Assembly: GCA_002269645.1 (NCBI GenBank)
Contig: NIVC01000407.1
Coordinates: 1 to 36,059, forward strand
Length of the DNA: 36,059 nucleotides
Direction: 5' to 3'
DNA from: Macrostomum lignano
Lineage: Eukaryota
Below the pieces are notes generated by a model. The model was not told the DNA's origin. It saw only the letters and a list, made by a program, of their open reading frames with translations, and searched no databases. The translations under genes and the position numbers were made by a program. Positions 1 to 10,802 of the stretch are shown here, one piece after another; positions within the stretch are counted from its first letter, which is position 1, and each line of letters begins with the position of its first letter.

Positions 1-238
1 CTCACACCGGGATCTCAGCTCATGCAATCTCACACCGGGATCTCAGCTCATGCAATCTCACACCGGGATCTCAGCTCATGCAATCTCACACCGGGATCTC
101 AGCTCATTCTCACACCGGGATCTCAGCTCATGCAATCTCACACCGGGATCTCAGCTCATGCAATCTCACACCGGGATCTCAGCTCATGCAATCTCACACC
201 GGGATCTCAGCTCATATCAGTCTCACACCGGGATCTGA
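1..238. repeat. 28-bp minisatellite (CTCACACCGGGATCTCAGCTCATGCAAT), about 8 copies, truncated by the window edge, intronic
   Basis: Unit read directly. It explains the repetitive N-termini of ORFs 22..510, 50..238 and 78..461. Confidence 0.95.
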
Positions 239-246
239 CTCCTCAG

Positions 247-510
247 GAGAAGGCGGCCAAGACGGCCAAGGATCGAGTCGAAGGCGGCGCCGCCAGTCGC
301 GCAAGGCTTCAACGCCGCCGGACCTCCGTGCTTATCGGCCAGGAGGAGGCGGCCGCGCTGTCGTCGGCGAAGCCACCCTCAAAGCCGCGGCGCACCTCGG
401 CGCGTCGTCAGGATGGCGCGTCGGCAGCAACCGACGGCGCGGAGGCGACGCTCACGGCTAGTCAGGTGTCGCTGAAGAAGAACCGCAGCAAGGTGTGCTC
501 AGTGCAGTAA
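247..510 (+). CDS. Terminal coding exon of an unidentified protein ending KKNRSKVCSVQ* (polybasic + CaaX prenylation motif)
   Basis: Acceptor CTCCTCAG| at 246, phase 0. GC-rich frame EKAAKTAKDRVEGG...RRRTSV...KKNRSKVCSVQ, TAA at 508-510, followed by AT/T-rich UTR-like sequence. Family not recognised. Confidence 0.6.
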   Translation, partial: EKAAKTAKDRVEGGAASRARLQRRRTSVLIGQEEAAALSSAKPPSKPRRTSARRQDGASAATDGAEATLTASQVSLKKNRSKVCSVQ

Positions 511-1282
511 TTGCGCCTTTGCCGGCGTCGTGTTCGAATTAGTAGCGCCATGCAAGACTGACTACTTAGGTGACGAGGTGTTTATGCTAAATAACTAAAG
601 CATAGCTGCTCCTGCCGATTACTTATTATTTGTTTAAACAAACTGTTCTGTTTTATCAAATCAAGCTAACATATCTCATTTTTATTTAGTTTTGGCTGTC
701 GTGTCTTACTATCTATCTTTTTAATAATGCACAAGTGCACAACTGTTATTTCCTATTGACGACGTAGTAGTGTGTGTGACTATATATACTCTTCCCGAGC
801 TAATGCCAGTCTCGGTTATTATTACTAATTATTTTAAATGTTAATTATTTATAAATATCTTTGACTACAATTTTAAATCCTTTTTGTGAATCGAATTTGA
901 AAGGTTTTTTGCAATCCACGACTCTTAAAAGATATTTTTTGTTATTGTTCGTCTGCTGTAAAACTGTCGTGTAAAACTCAAGACACTGCCACTACTCATA
1001 GTAGTTCACACAATCAAACTAAAAAGCAATACAATTACTGTGTTGTTACTCACTCACTTGATATTTTGAAGCTTAAATATTTTTTATTTCAAAGGAGTCT
1101 AATGCTGCTTTTTTAACTAATATACATATATATATTATATAATATATGTAATTAGTTCCTGATGAGACTGCAAATTATTTAAATATATATATATATACTT
1201 TAAATTGATAATCAATTTTAATTAATCTTTACTTTTTATCATTTTGACAAATGACATGTGCTTTTATTGCAAGATCCTTTAT

Positions 1283-1725
1283 TGGTGATCTTTTATTGGT
1301 GATCTGGGAAGGTCATGACTGGCTTAGTCTGGTGATCTGGGAAGGTCATGACTGGCTTAATCTGGGGATCTGGGAAGGTCATGACTGGCTTAGTCTGGTG
1401 ATCTAGGAAGGTCATGACTGGCTTAATCTGGGGATCTGGGAAGGTCATGACTGGCTTAGTCTGGTGATCTGAGAAGGTCATGAATGGCTTAATCTGGGGA
1501 TCTGGGAAGGTCATGACTGACTTAGTCTGGTGATCTGGGAAGGTCATGACTGGCTTGATCTGGGGATCTGGGAAGGTCATGACTGGCTTGATCTGGGGAT
1601 CTGATCTGGGAAGGTCATGACTGGCTTGATCTGGGGATCTGGGAAGGTCATGACTGGCTTGATCTGGGGATCTGGGAAGGTCATGACTGGCTTAATGGGT
1701 CTGGGGATCTGAGATCTGGGGATCC
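1283..1725. repeat. 33-bp minisatellite (GATCTGGGAAGGTCATGACTGGCTTAATCTGGG), about 13 copies, two alternating variants
   Basis: Direct reading. AGTCTGGT and AATCTGGG variants alternate in the 5' part. Confidence 0.95.
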
Positions 1726-2299
1726 GAAGGCTATAAATTCGTGGACTGTTTTGCCCTAAACATAAATGACAATAAATCAAATATTTATACTCAGAGCCCA
1801 GTTATTCAAATGCCATATTTGTCTGTTTTCCTGTTTTCGATGGCTTAGCAGAAAATCTATTAATCATGGCTGAATGAAGCCACGTGACTCAGACAACTGG
1901 ATAAACCCCGATGACTGGGGCTGATTACGCTCTACCATTTCAGTGTCAGTTTAAAGTACATTGGAGGCCACTAAGTGGGAGGGTAAGGGGAAGGCTTGCC
2001 AAAAGGAATGCAGGATTGGGCATGAACCGGTCGCCAACTGGGCTTGGGAGAGCTTGGGGTGCCATGCCAAGCATTCATTCACTGTTTCCTGCATCTGTGC
2101 ATGCAAAAATGATGGAAACTTTGCGCCAGTTGGGATCAAAATGAGGGACTAATATTTCTGGCTGAGTTCCAAGGTGACATGGGATTTATAAATAGCTGTG
2201 CAGAGGGTGAGATTGATGAGCTTAGCACAACGACTAAAGAGCAGATTGGCGTTTTGGGGTGTAGCGCTATGGAGACGCATTAGTCATTACATTAAGTGC

Positions 2300-3135
2300 C
2301 CTGTAGACACATTTAGGCGCCCTAGAGACACATATCGGCGCCCTAGAGACACATTGGGCGCCCAAGAGATACGTTGGACGCCCTAGAGACACATTTCGAC
2401 GTCCTAGAGACACATATCTGCGCCCTAGAGACACATTATGCGCCATAGAGACACATTGGGTGCCAAAGAGACATACTAGACGCCCTAGAGGTACATATCA
2501 ACGCCCTAGAGTTACATATCGGCGCTCTAGAGACACATTGGGCTCCCTAGAGATACATTGGACGCCCTAGACATATATCGGCGCCCTAGAGACACATTTC
2601 GGCGCCTTAGAGACACATTGGATGCCCTAGAGACACATTGGGCGCCCTAGAGACACATTGGACGTACAAGAGACACATTTCGGCGCCGTAGATTCATATT
2701 GTCACCCCAGATATATATTTGACGACCTAGAGACACAATTGGATGCCCTAGAAACACATTACAACAGTTGGGTGTCAGCAACAGAGGGGCGCCAGCCACA
2801 GAGTGGACACGGGACCAGCTACAGTTGGGCGTACAAAAGACACATATCGGCGCCTTAGAGACATATTGGGGCCCCCAGAGATATATTTGACGCCCTAGAG
2901 ACACATATCGGCGCCCTAGGGATATATTTGACGTCCTAGAGGCACATATCGGCGGCCTAGAAACACATTAGAGACATATTGGACGCCCTAGATACACATT
3001 TCGATATCGACGCCCTAGAGACATATATCGGCGCCCAAGACATATCGGCGCCCTAGAGACGCATTAAAGACACATTGGACGCCCTAGAGACCCATTTCAG
3101 CGCCCTAGAGACACATCGGACGCTCTAGAGACACA
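2300..3135. repeat. Degenerate 20-21-bp minisatellite (CGCCCTAGAGACACAT...)
   Basis: Recurring GCCCTAGAGACACAT core with alternating ATCGG/TGGA ends. Confidence 0.9.
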
Positions 3136-4709
3136 ATGGAAATCTCATTTTGCAGATAAAAACTAATCAACTATCAGGTATTTATAAAGCTCTGAATCAC
3201 CAATCCTATACTCATTATGACGCATCTCCCTTCACTTGATATCCCTCAATTCTTCTTTCCATGCTAAACTTCCCACGCAAAACCTGGCGTACAGCACGGA
3301 TAAAGCATTAGCATTGTTGATTCATGCCTAAGACAGACAAGGCTACAGAGACGAGATGGGGGGACAGACTGCTTGTTAGGCCGCCGCCTTCTGTCCATCC
3401 CCGTGGGTGCGTAGGCGGGACAGCAACCGACCCTTGCTGTTTCTGTGATGTACGGTTAGGGAAAAAGGGTTTTAGACTAAGCCTTAGTTCTTATAGCATA
3501 TAGACTCTAAATTTCTGTGTGAGTCACCGCTATTTACAGCTGATTTAGTTGAATATTATATGTTAATGTACTCACTCACAAAGTTTTTGTTAGGACCATA
3601 TGGGCTCCGGATCTAGTCTGTAGACTTCTATATATGGTATTGTACTTATTTTATTTCCACAAAAAGCATTTATTATTATGCAGATTAGCAATTTCCGTAC
3701 ACTTCCTTATGTAAGCAATATACATTTAGTTATAGTTACAATAAATATCAGTGTCAAAGTGGGCTTTTGCGATAAACAAAGCTTGTTTTTCTCTGTTTTA
3801 TCAACAAAATCTGTCCCATGCGTGTGTGTGTGTGTGTGAAAACATTCACCTTTTCGTTGTTGACAGTTTTGTTTTACTGTTTCGCACTTCTCTCGCACGG
3901 CCATTTATGACAAGAGAAAAACTCCAAAACATAGCTAATAGTGTGTTTGCCACCCCATTGCTGCCGAGTCAGAGAGTAGAGTCACATGGCGGCAAGCCAA
4001 ACGGCGGAGCAAAATAGGTAGCAAAAAGGCTAGAGAGAGGGACAGAGGCGGAGAGAGAGAGAGGCGTGGGTGTGTGTACATCTAAGAAGCATTTTTTTCA
4101 ACAAAAAAACACGCGAACGTCTACTGTCTCGGCCTGAACAGCTTTTGCCCATTCAGAGAAAAGGACTGTACAGCATACGGACCCTCCGGGGCCGCCATTG
4201 GCTGAGAGACACTGAGGGGGAGTGACCATCGGGAAAGTTCATCCAGTCTAAACTGATTTCCGTCCAGATCGCCCTCTCCCCCTCCGCCCCTCCCCTCTGT
4301 GTCGCATTCACCTAATTTTAAAGAGAGGGAGAACGTGACAGACTAAGGAGCAAAGTCAAACGGAGACAGGGCAGACGAAGGGGGGCGTGCGTGCTAGTCC
4401 ACTACTACTAAAATTTTGGATTCTCCCTGAAACAGCCTAGATCGTTTCATTCTGAAATGTGCCGGCCTTCGCGATTTATTCCCATCAAAATGGGGATAAT
4501 AAATTTGTTTTGACAAAGGTTATAGAGCGATTAAGATCCTATCGCAGGAGATAACTGCTGCGTTAGGTGAGTAACTTCTCAATACTGTAATTAAGAATTA
4601 AATAGCATTGACGTGTAGTTGACACACTCAATATTTATGGTGAATTAAAGAATTACCAGAGTGCGATAAAATTCTGTGTTAGTCCTAATTGGTTTGAAGG
4701 CCGCAAGCA

Positions 4710-4950
4710 CACAGTTCCGACTCAAAAACTTCAGACTCTAACAGTTCCGACTCAATCAGTTCCGACTCAAACAGTTCCGACTCAAGGAACTCCGACTCAA
4801 GGAACTCTGACTCAAACAGCTCCGACTCAAGGAACTCTGACTTAAACATTTCCGACTCAAGCAGTTCCAACTCCAGCAGTTCCGACTCAAGCAGTTCTGA
4901 CTCAAGGAACTCTGACTCAAACAGCTCCGACTCAAGGACCTCTGACTCAA
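4710..4950. repeat. 15-bp minisatellite (CCGACTCAAACAGTT / CTGACTCAAGGAACT)
   Basis: Direct reading. Produces the spurious ESELF/ESEFL ORF 4685..4963. Confidence 0.9.
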
Positions 4951-5070
4951 ACATTTCTAACAAAATCTAACAAAAATGATAAGCAGAGGCGGGGATAGTC
5001 AAGTACACGCGACAAACTTCTAGGATACCTGAACCCGGAACTGATCGTGCCGTATCTCATCTTCCCTCAG

Positions 5071-6037
5071 GCGGCAGCCGGGCAGCGGCATGGGCAATCG
5101 GGATTCACAGCCGACCAGCCCGGATGCTGAAGCAGCCGCATCATCTGGCACAGCAGCCGGCCGCTGTCCGGGGACGTCTGCTGCCTTGCCGTCTTCACCT
5201 ACTCCTTGTCTACTAGTCAGAGGCAGCAGCGACGCTAGCGGCGGCGGCGGCGGTGGCAGCGATGGAGGTGCACGTTGTCTGTCATTGCCGGCGTCGCCCC
5301 GCAGCGCCGGCAGCAGCCGCCTCTCCCTCGGCTCCTCCCTGTCCAGCCTCGGCACGTCCTTGGCCGCGTTTGGCGCCCCGCTAGCCGAGTTCGACTCGCC
5401 GCTGCTGCGCTCGGCAGCCTCTTCGCCGACAACCTCGCCGGTGGCGCCATCTCCGCCGCCGCTGCCGCCGCCGCCGATAATGCGAAGAGCAGCAGCAATG
5501 AGTCCAGCTACGTCAGCACCAATATCCGCAGCAGAGGCCGCGTCCCTCAGTCGGCCGCGCATCCACCCGATCCTGCGCGGCGGCCGCCAGATCTCCGAGG
5601 ACCTCTTCTGGGTGCTACCGCCCCGGTCGAAGCGCCGACGCCAGCTGCTGCTATTCCCGTCGGTCTCGTCGCCGGCGGAGTCCACCGTGGACGGGGCGGA
5701 ATCCACGCCGCCGCTGAAGCCGGAGCAAAGGACCTACGGCCCCGGCCGGACCCCCATGGACTTGGTCCGCAGCGTCACCGAGCAGGTGTTCGGCGTCACG
5801 GAGGAGGAGAGCCACGCGGCGCTCAGCCTGCACCGCTGGGACTCGGAGGCGGCCATCCGCTACCTGAAGGTCGAGCAGCTGTTCCGGCTAGGCCTGGCCG
5901 ACCGGGACGCCTGCCGGGAGCTGCTCAGCGAGCACGACTGGCGCCTCGAGGCCGCCTGCGCCACCGCCGCCGCCACCGTTGCCGCCGCTGGAGACGCCGC
6001 CGCAGCCTCAGCATTCGAAACCGGCTGTCTTTCCTGA
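5071..6037 (+). CDS. ACK1/TNK2-like C-terminal region (Mig6-homology motif + UBA region); terminal exon, or a stand-alone ORF from ATG 5090
   Basis: VRSVTEQVFGVTEEESHAALSLHRWDSEAAIRYLKVEQLFRLGLADRDACRELLSEHDWRLEAA matches the ACK-family C-terminal UBA region (YLKVEQLF signature). IHPILRGGRQISEDLFWVLPP aligns with the ACK1/Mig6 [20 protein letters not shown] motif. Acceptor CTTCCCTCAG| at 5070, TGA at 6035-6037. No kinase exons found in the window. Confidence 0.85.
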
Positions 6038-7049
6038 GATTTGCCGACTTTCCTTGTTTTCTATTGCAATTTTATTTGTTTAAATTTTTGGAAATTAATT
6101 TAAAACCCACTTTGGTTACATTGCATCAAATAGGGTTCAGGCATAGACCATATTTAGAAGAGAGTTATTCTTGGAGAAACCATAAGAAAACCCACTAGAA
6201 AATATCAAATTAAATAGATTAAGGGTTTGAAATCTGCTTTGATTTGTAAGCTAAAGTCTCCATAATTTAGATGACAGCGATTTTCTAAGAAATCATCTGG
6301 CGGCCTGTAGGGAACGCATATTTGTCTCTTTCGTTTTATTTGCTCTTTAGAGAACGCACAGTGTAGCGCTGAATGGGTTTTTACCATAGACGTCCATGGC
6401 CATAACTGCAATCTCTGTCCTCACTTATTCGACTTTAAGTCGGTCTCCTTCTTGTTTGACATATTCTAAACTTCTTCAAATTTGTTTTCCTCTTTGTTTC
6501 TCCCTCGGATTATTCTTGGGGATTTGCTTACCTTGTGAAATATTCTAAAAATAGAATCGTTCTTCTCCCCAGGAAGCTCCCATACAGGTCAGCCTTATAA
6601 GCCAGAGGATATAAAATACGTGCTTGTTGAACGAACTTCGCTATGCGCGGGTGCATTTGGTGCAATTCCTGTGTGTGGGCGCCACATGTGAAAGCTGAGT
6701 GCAAAACTGAATCCGCTATGAACCGATCAATTTTAATGCCATGCAAAGTTTTTGTCCGCTTTCATTTCTGTATTTTCATACGTTTTTACTACGTTTTGTA
6801 TCTGTTAGTCCGTCTGGCGTAACCCGAACTCGGCTTTCGATTGCGCTCAGTTAGTCTATTTGTACTGCTCTACCTCCTGTGACAGCTGCCAGCGTGCCCG
6901 GTAACGCCAATAATTGCTTTCTTGTGCAGCCCTCCGTTGAGGATTAACTTTTGCTGGTACTTGCCTCACAAACTGCACCCACCAATGTTTTAGGTTGGTA
7001 TTAATCCATTGTGAGTCATGTAGGCTGCGGGTCGTATCTTTGATTCTTG

Positions 7050-7567
7050 CAGTGACTCATGATCAGATCATGACTCAAATTGTTTCAGTGACTCATGATC
7101 AGGTCTTGACTCAAATTGTTTCAGTGACTCATGATCAGATCATGACTCAAATTGTACCAGTGACTCATGATCAGGTCATGACTCAAATTGTATCAGTGAC
7201 TCATGATCAGGTCTTGACTCAAATTGTTTCAGTGACTCATGATCAGATCATGACTCAAATTGTACCAGTGACTCATGATCAGGTCATGACTCAAATTGTA
7301 TCAGTGACTCATGATCAGGTCTTGACTCAAATTGTACCAGTGACTCATGATCAGGTCATGACTCAAATTGTATCAGTGACTCATGATCAGGTCTTGACTC
7401 AAATTGTTTCAGTGACTCATGATCAGGTCATGACTCAAATTGTATCAGTGACTCATGATCAGGTCATGACTCAAATTGTATCAGTGACTCATGATCAGGT
7501 CTTGACTCAAATTGTTTCAGTGACTCATGATCAGGTCATGACTCAAATTGTACCAGTGACTCATGAT
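7050..7567. repeat. 36-bp minisatellite (AGTGACTCATGATCAGGTCATGACTCAAATTGTATC), about 14 copies
   Basis: Direct reading. Produces spurious ORF 6995..7654 (VTHDQVMTQIVS repeats). Confidence 0.97.
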
Positions 7568-8164
7568 GGCGACTCCAATTTTAAAATTACCTGTATGATC
7601 AGACAGTTTTGCAATTTGCATCAGTCGTTGTTACAATTTTCTATCGCAACATGAAAAGGTTTTGACTTTAAGTTACCTCAGTAAAATAAGTGATGCGGAA
7701 ACATGCAGTCTCTTAATTTTTACGGTTTCGTGTTATTCGACTTTTCATCGACGTGTGAAGTTCCCAAATTAGCTTTTAAGCACTTGGACGCGGAATCTAA
7801 AGCGTATGCTTTGATCTAAGCTGTTCTTTATTTTTTGAACTAATTTTTTACGAAGCACAAGCAAATGTTGCTACTTGTGACAGTAGCGCAGTGGGCATGC
7901 CCGTATGTTTAACTTTTTAATAAAGTTTTCTATTACCCTACTTCAATGGTCTACCTCTCCAAGTTGTTTGGTTCTATAAATAAATGCGGAACTAAAAGCA
8001 CGGCTGGGAGTGCAGCGATACTGTAGCACAAATGTCTATGGGCGTGACTGTACAAGCAATACCGTCATCAATATAATGATGCACAAACCATAGAGAAACA
8101 ATGTCCCAATTTTTTTCAGCAGAGATTCATGGAACTCAATATTATAGTAAAAAAATCTGTGACC

Positions 8165-10213
8165 CTCCACCAAGAGACAGGGATGCCGATTGTGGATTGT
8201 CTTGGAGAGGGCGCCCACCAAGAGACAGGGATGCCGATTGTGGGTTGTCTTAGAGAGGGCGCCCACCAAGAGACAGGGATGCCGATTGTGGGTTGTCTTG
8301 CAGATGGCGCCACCAAGAGACAGGGATGTCGATTGTGGGTTGTCTTGCAGATGGCGCCCACCAAGAGACAGGGATGCCGATTTTGTGTTGTCTTGGAGAG
8401 GGCGCCCACCAAGAGACAGGGATGCCGATTGTGGGTTGTCTTGGAGACAGGGATGCCGATTGTGGGTTGTCCAACCAAGAGACAGGGATGCCGATTGTGG
8501 GTTGTCTTGGAGAGGGCGCCCACCAAGAGACAGGGATGCCGATTTTGTGTTGTCTCGGAGAGGGCGCCCACCAAGAGACAGGGATGCCGATTGTGGGTTG
8601 TCTTGCAGATGGCGCCCACCAAGAGACAGGGATGCCGATTGTGGGTTGTCTTGAAGAGAGCCCCACCAAGAGACAGGGATGCCGATTGTGGGTTGTCTTG
8701 CAGATGGCGCCCACCAAGAGACAGGGATGCCGATTGTGGGTTGTCTCGGAGAGGGCGCCAACCAAGAGACAGGGATGCCGATTGTGGGTTGTCTCGGAGA
8801 GGGCGCCAACCAAGAGACAGGGATGCCGATTGTGTGTTGTCTTGGAGAGGGCGCCCACCAAAGAGACAGGGATGCCGATTGTGTGTTGTCTTGGAGAGGG
8901 CGCCCACCAAGAGACAGGGATGCCGATTGTGTGTTGTCTTGAAGAGGGCGCCCACCAAGAGACAGGGATGCCGATTGTGGGTTGTCTTGGAGAGGGCGCC
9001 CACCAAGAGACAGGGATGCCGATTGTGGGTTGTCTCGGAGAGGGCGCCAAGCAAGAGATACATGTAGGGCTGCCGATTGTGGGTTGTCTTAGAGAGGGCG
9101 CCCACCAAGAGACAGGGATGCCGATTGTGGGTTGTCTTGGAGAGGGCGCCCACCAAGAGACAGGGATGCCGATTGTGGGTTGTCTTGGAGAGGGCGCCCA
9201 CCAAGAGACAGGGATGCCGATTGTGTGTTGTCTTGGAGAGGGCGCCCACCAAGAGACAGGGATGCCGATTGTGTTTGTCTTGGAGAGGGCGCCCACCAAG
9301 AGACAGGGATGCCGATTGTGGGTTGTCTTGGAGAGGGCGCCCACCAAGAGACAGGGATGCCGATTGTGGGTTGTCTCGGAGAGGGCGCCAAGCAAGAGAT
9401 ACATGTAGGGCTGCCGATTGTGGGTTGTCTTAGAGAGGGCGCCCACCAAGAGACAGGGCTGCCGATTGTGGATTGTCTTAGAGAGGGCGCCCACCAAGAG
9501 ACAGGGATGCCGATTGTGGGTTGTCTTGGAGAGGGCGCCCACCAAGAGACAGGGCTGCCGATTGTGGGTTGTCTTAGAGAGGGCGCCCACCAAGAGACAG
9601 GGCTGCCGATTGTGGGTTGTCTTAGAGAGGGCGCCCACCAAAGAGACAGGGATGCCGATTGTGGGTTGTCTTGGAGAGGGCGCCCACCAAGAGACAGGGC
9701 TGCCGATTGTGGGTTGTCTTAGAGAGGGCGCCCACCAAAGAGACAGGGCTGCCGATTGTGGGTTGTCTTAGAGAGGGCGCCCACCAAGAGACAGGGATGC
9801 CGATTGTGGGTTGTCTTGGAGAGGGCGCCCACCAAGAGACAGGGATGCCGATTGTGGGTTGTCTTGGAGAGGGCGCCCACCAAGAGACAGGGATGCCGAT
9901 TGTGGGTTGTCTTGGAGAGGGCGCCCACCAAGAGACAGGGCTGCCGATTGTGGGTTGTCTTAGAGAGGGCGCCCACCAAGAGACAGGGATGCCGATTGTG
10001 GGTTGTCTTGGAGAGGGCGCCCACCAAGAGACAGGGATGCCGATTGTGGGTTGTCTTGGAGAGGGCGCCCACCAAGAGACAGGGATGCCGATTGTGGGTT
10101 GTCTTGGAGAGGGCGCCCACCAAGAGACAGGGCTGCCGATTGTGGGTTGTCTTAGAGAGGGCGCCCACCAAGAGACAGGGATGCCGATTTTGGGTTGTCT
10201 TGGAGAGGGCGCC
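8165..10213. repeat. 48-bp minisatellite (CCCACCAAGAGACAGGGATGCCGATTGTGGGTTGTCTTGGAGAGGGCG), about 42 copies
   Basis: Direct reading. All overlapping ORFs from 8036 to 10333 are translations of this unit. Confidence 0.97.
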
Positions 10214-10802
10214 GCAAGAGTCAATGATCGATGGTTCAGGCGAGTTATGGTGGTCAGGAGAGCCGAAAAAACGGCTCAAGTCGCATTAGGAAGACACATG
10301 CTTGTAAGTACATGTAAGTCTTTGCTGCACTAGAAATAAAACAGTGAATGCTCACGCCCTTCGAACTGCTGCATTTACGTAACTAAATAAGCAGATGGTC
10401 TCTTCTGGGATTTCCAGCCGTCCATTTTTGTCATTCCGGTTTACTGAGGCGATTTTGAGCATTCAGACAAAGATTGGCTTGTGTGCTGACCTGCCTGAGT
10501 GACGAAGCCTCAGTCGAGCACCGCTCTGCCCAGTTCCCGCCGCCTTACAGTAGGTGAAATTACCTGCAAGGCAAGCCTTTGATCGAAAATTATTGGAAGA
10601 CTATTAACACGAATCCAGTTGCTCCCTGGGTTGCAGAGTGGCCGCTTTTGTGCTACCGCCGCACCTGCCACCCCTCCCAGCAAAGGAACTCCGGTTTTAG
10701 CTGTACGAAGTGCTTTCAGTTTTCCAGTTTCCGAATCGGTTCGATGTCGTGAGGCATGACGTCAGCGCGAAGAGAGCTGACCGTACGGCCCCAAAGCGCA
10801 GC

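Noticed and set aside
248-465. Arg-rich frame of the first exon, which could splice (phase 2, GTCAG|GTGTCG) to the ACK-like exon at 5071
   Set aside because: The phase fits, but the donor is weak and the peptide looks like a GC shadow frame; the CaaX frame looks more protein-like. RNA data are needed to exclude it fully.
5020-6198. Alternative ORFs 5020..5706 (-), 5275..6198 (+) and 5235..5498 (-)
   Set aside because: GC-rich shadow frames of the ACK-like exon; only the 5090 frame has recognisable motifs.
6520-6746. Minus-strand ORF ending at a strong donor (CACAAG|GTAAGC)
   Set aside because: No recognisable protein and no partner exon found.
8165-10213. CTCF-like words (AGAGGGCGCC / AGATGGCGCC) in each unit
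   Set aside because: Only the 3' half of the CTCF motif matches; the upstream CCAC/CCAG part is missing, and the presence of CTCF in this organism is unknown.
8036-10333. Many overlapping 100-460-aa ORFs; the 48-bp periodicity looks superficially CRISPR-like
   Set aside because: Pure tandem repeat with no unique spacers and no cas genes, in a eukaryotic context.
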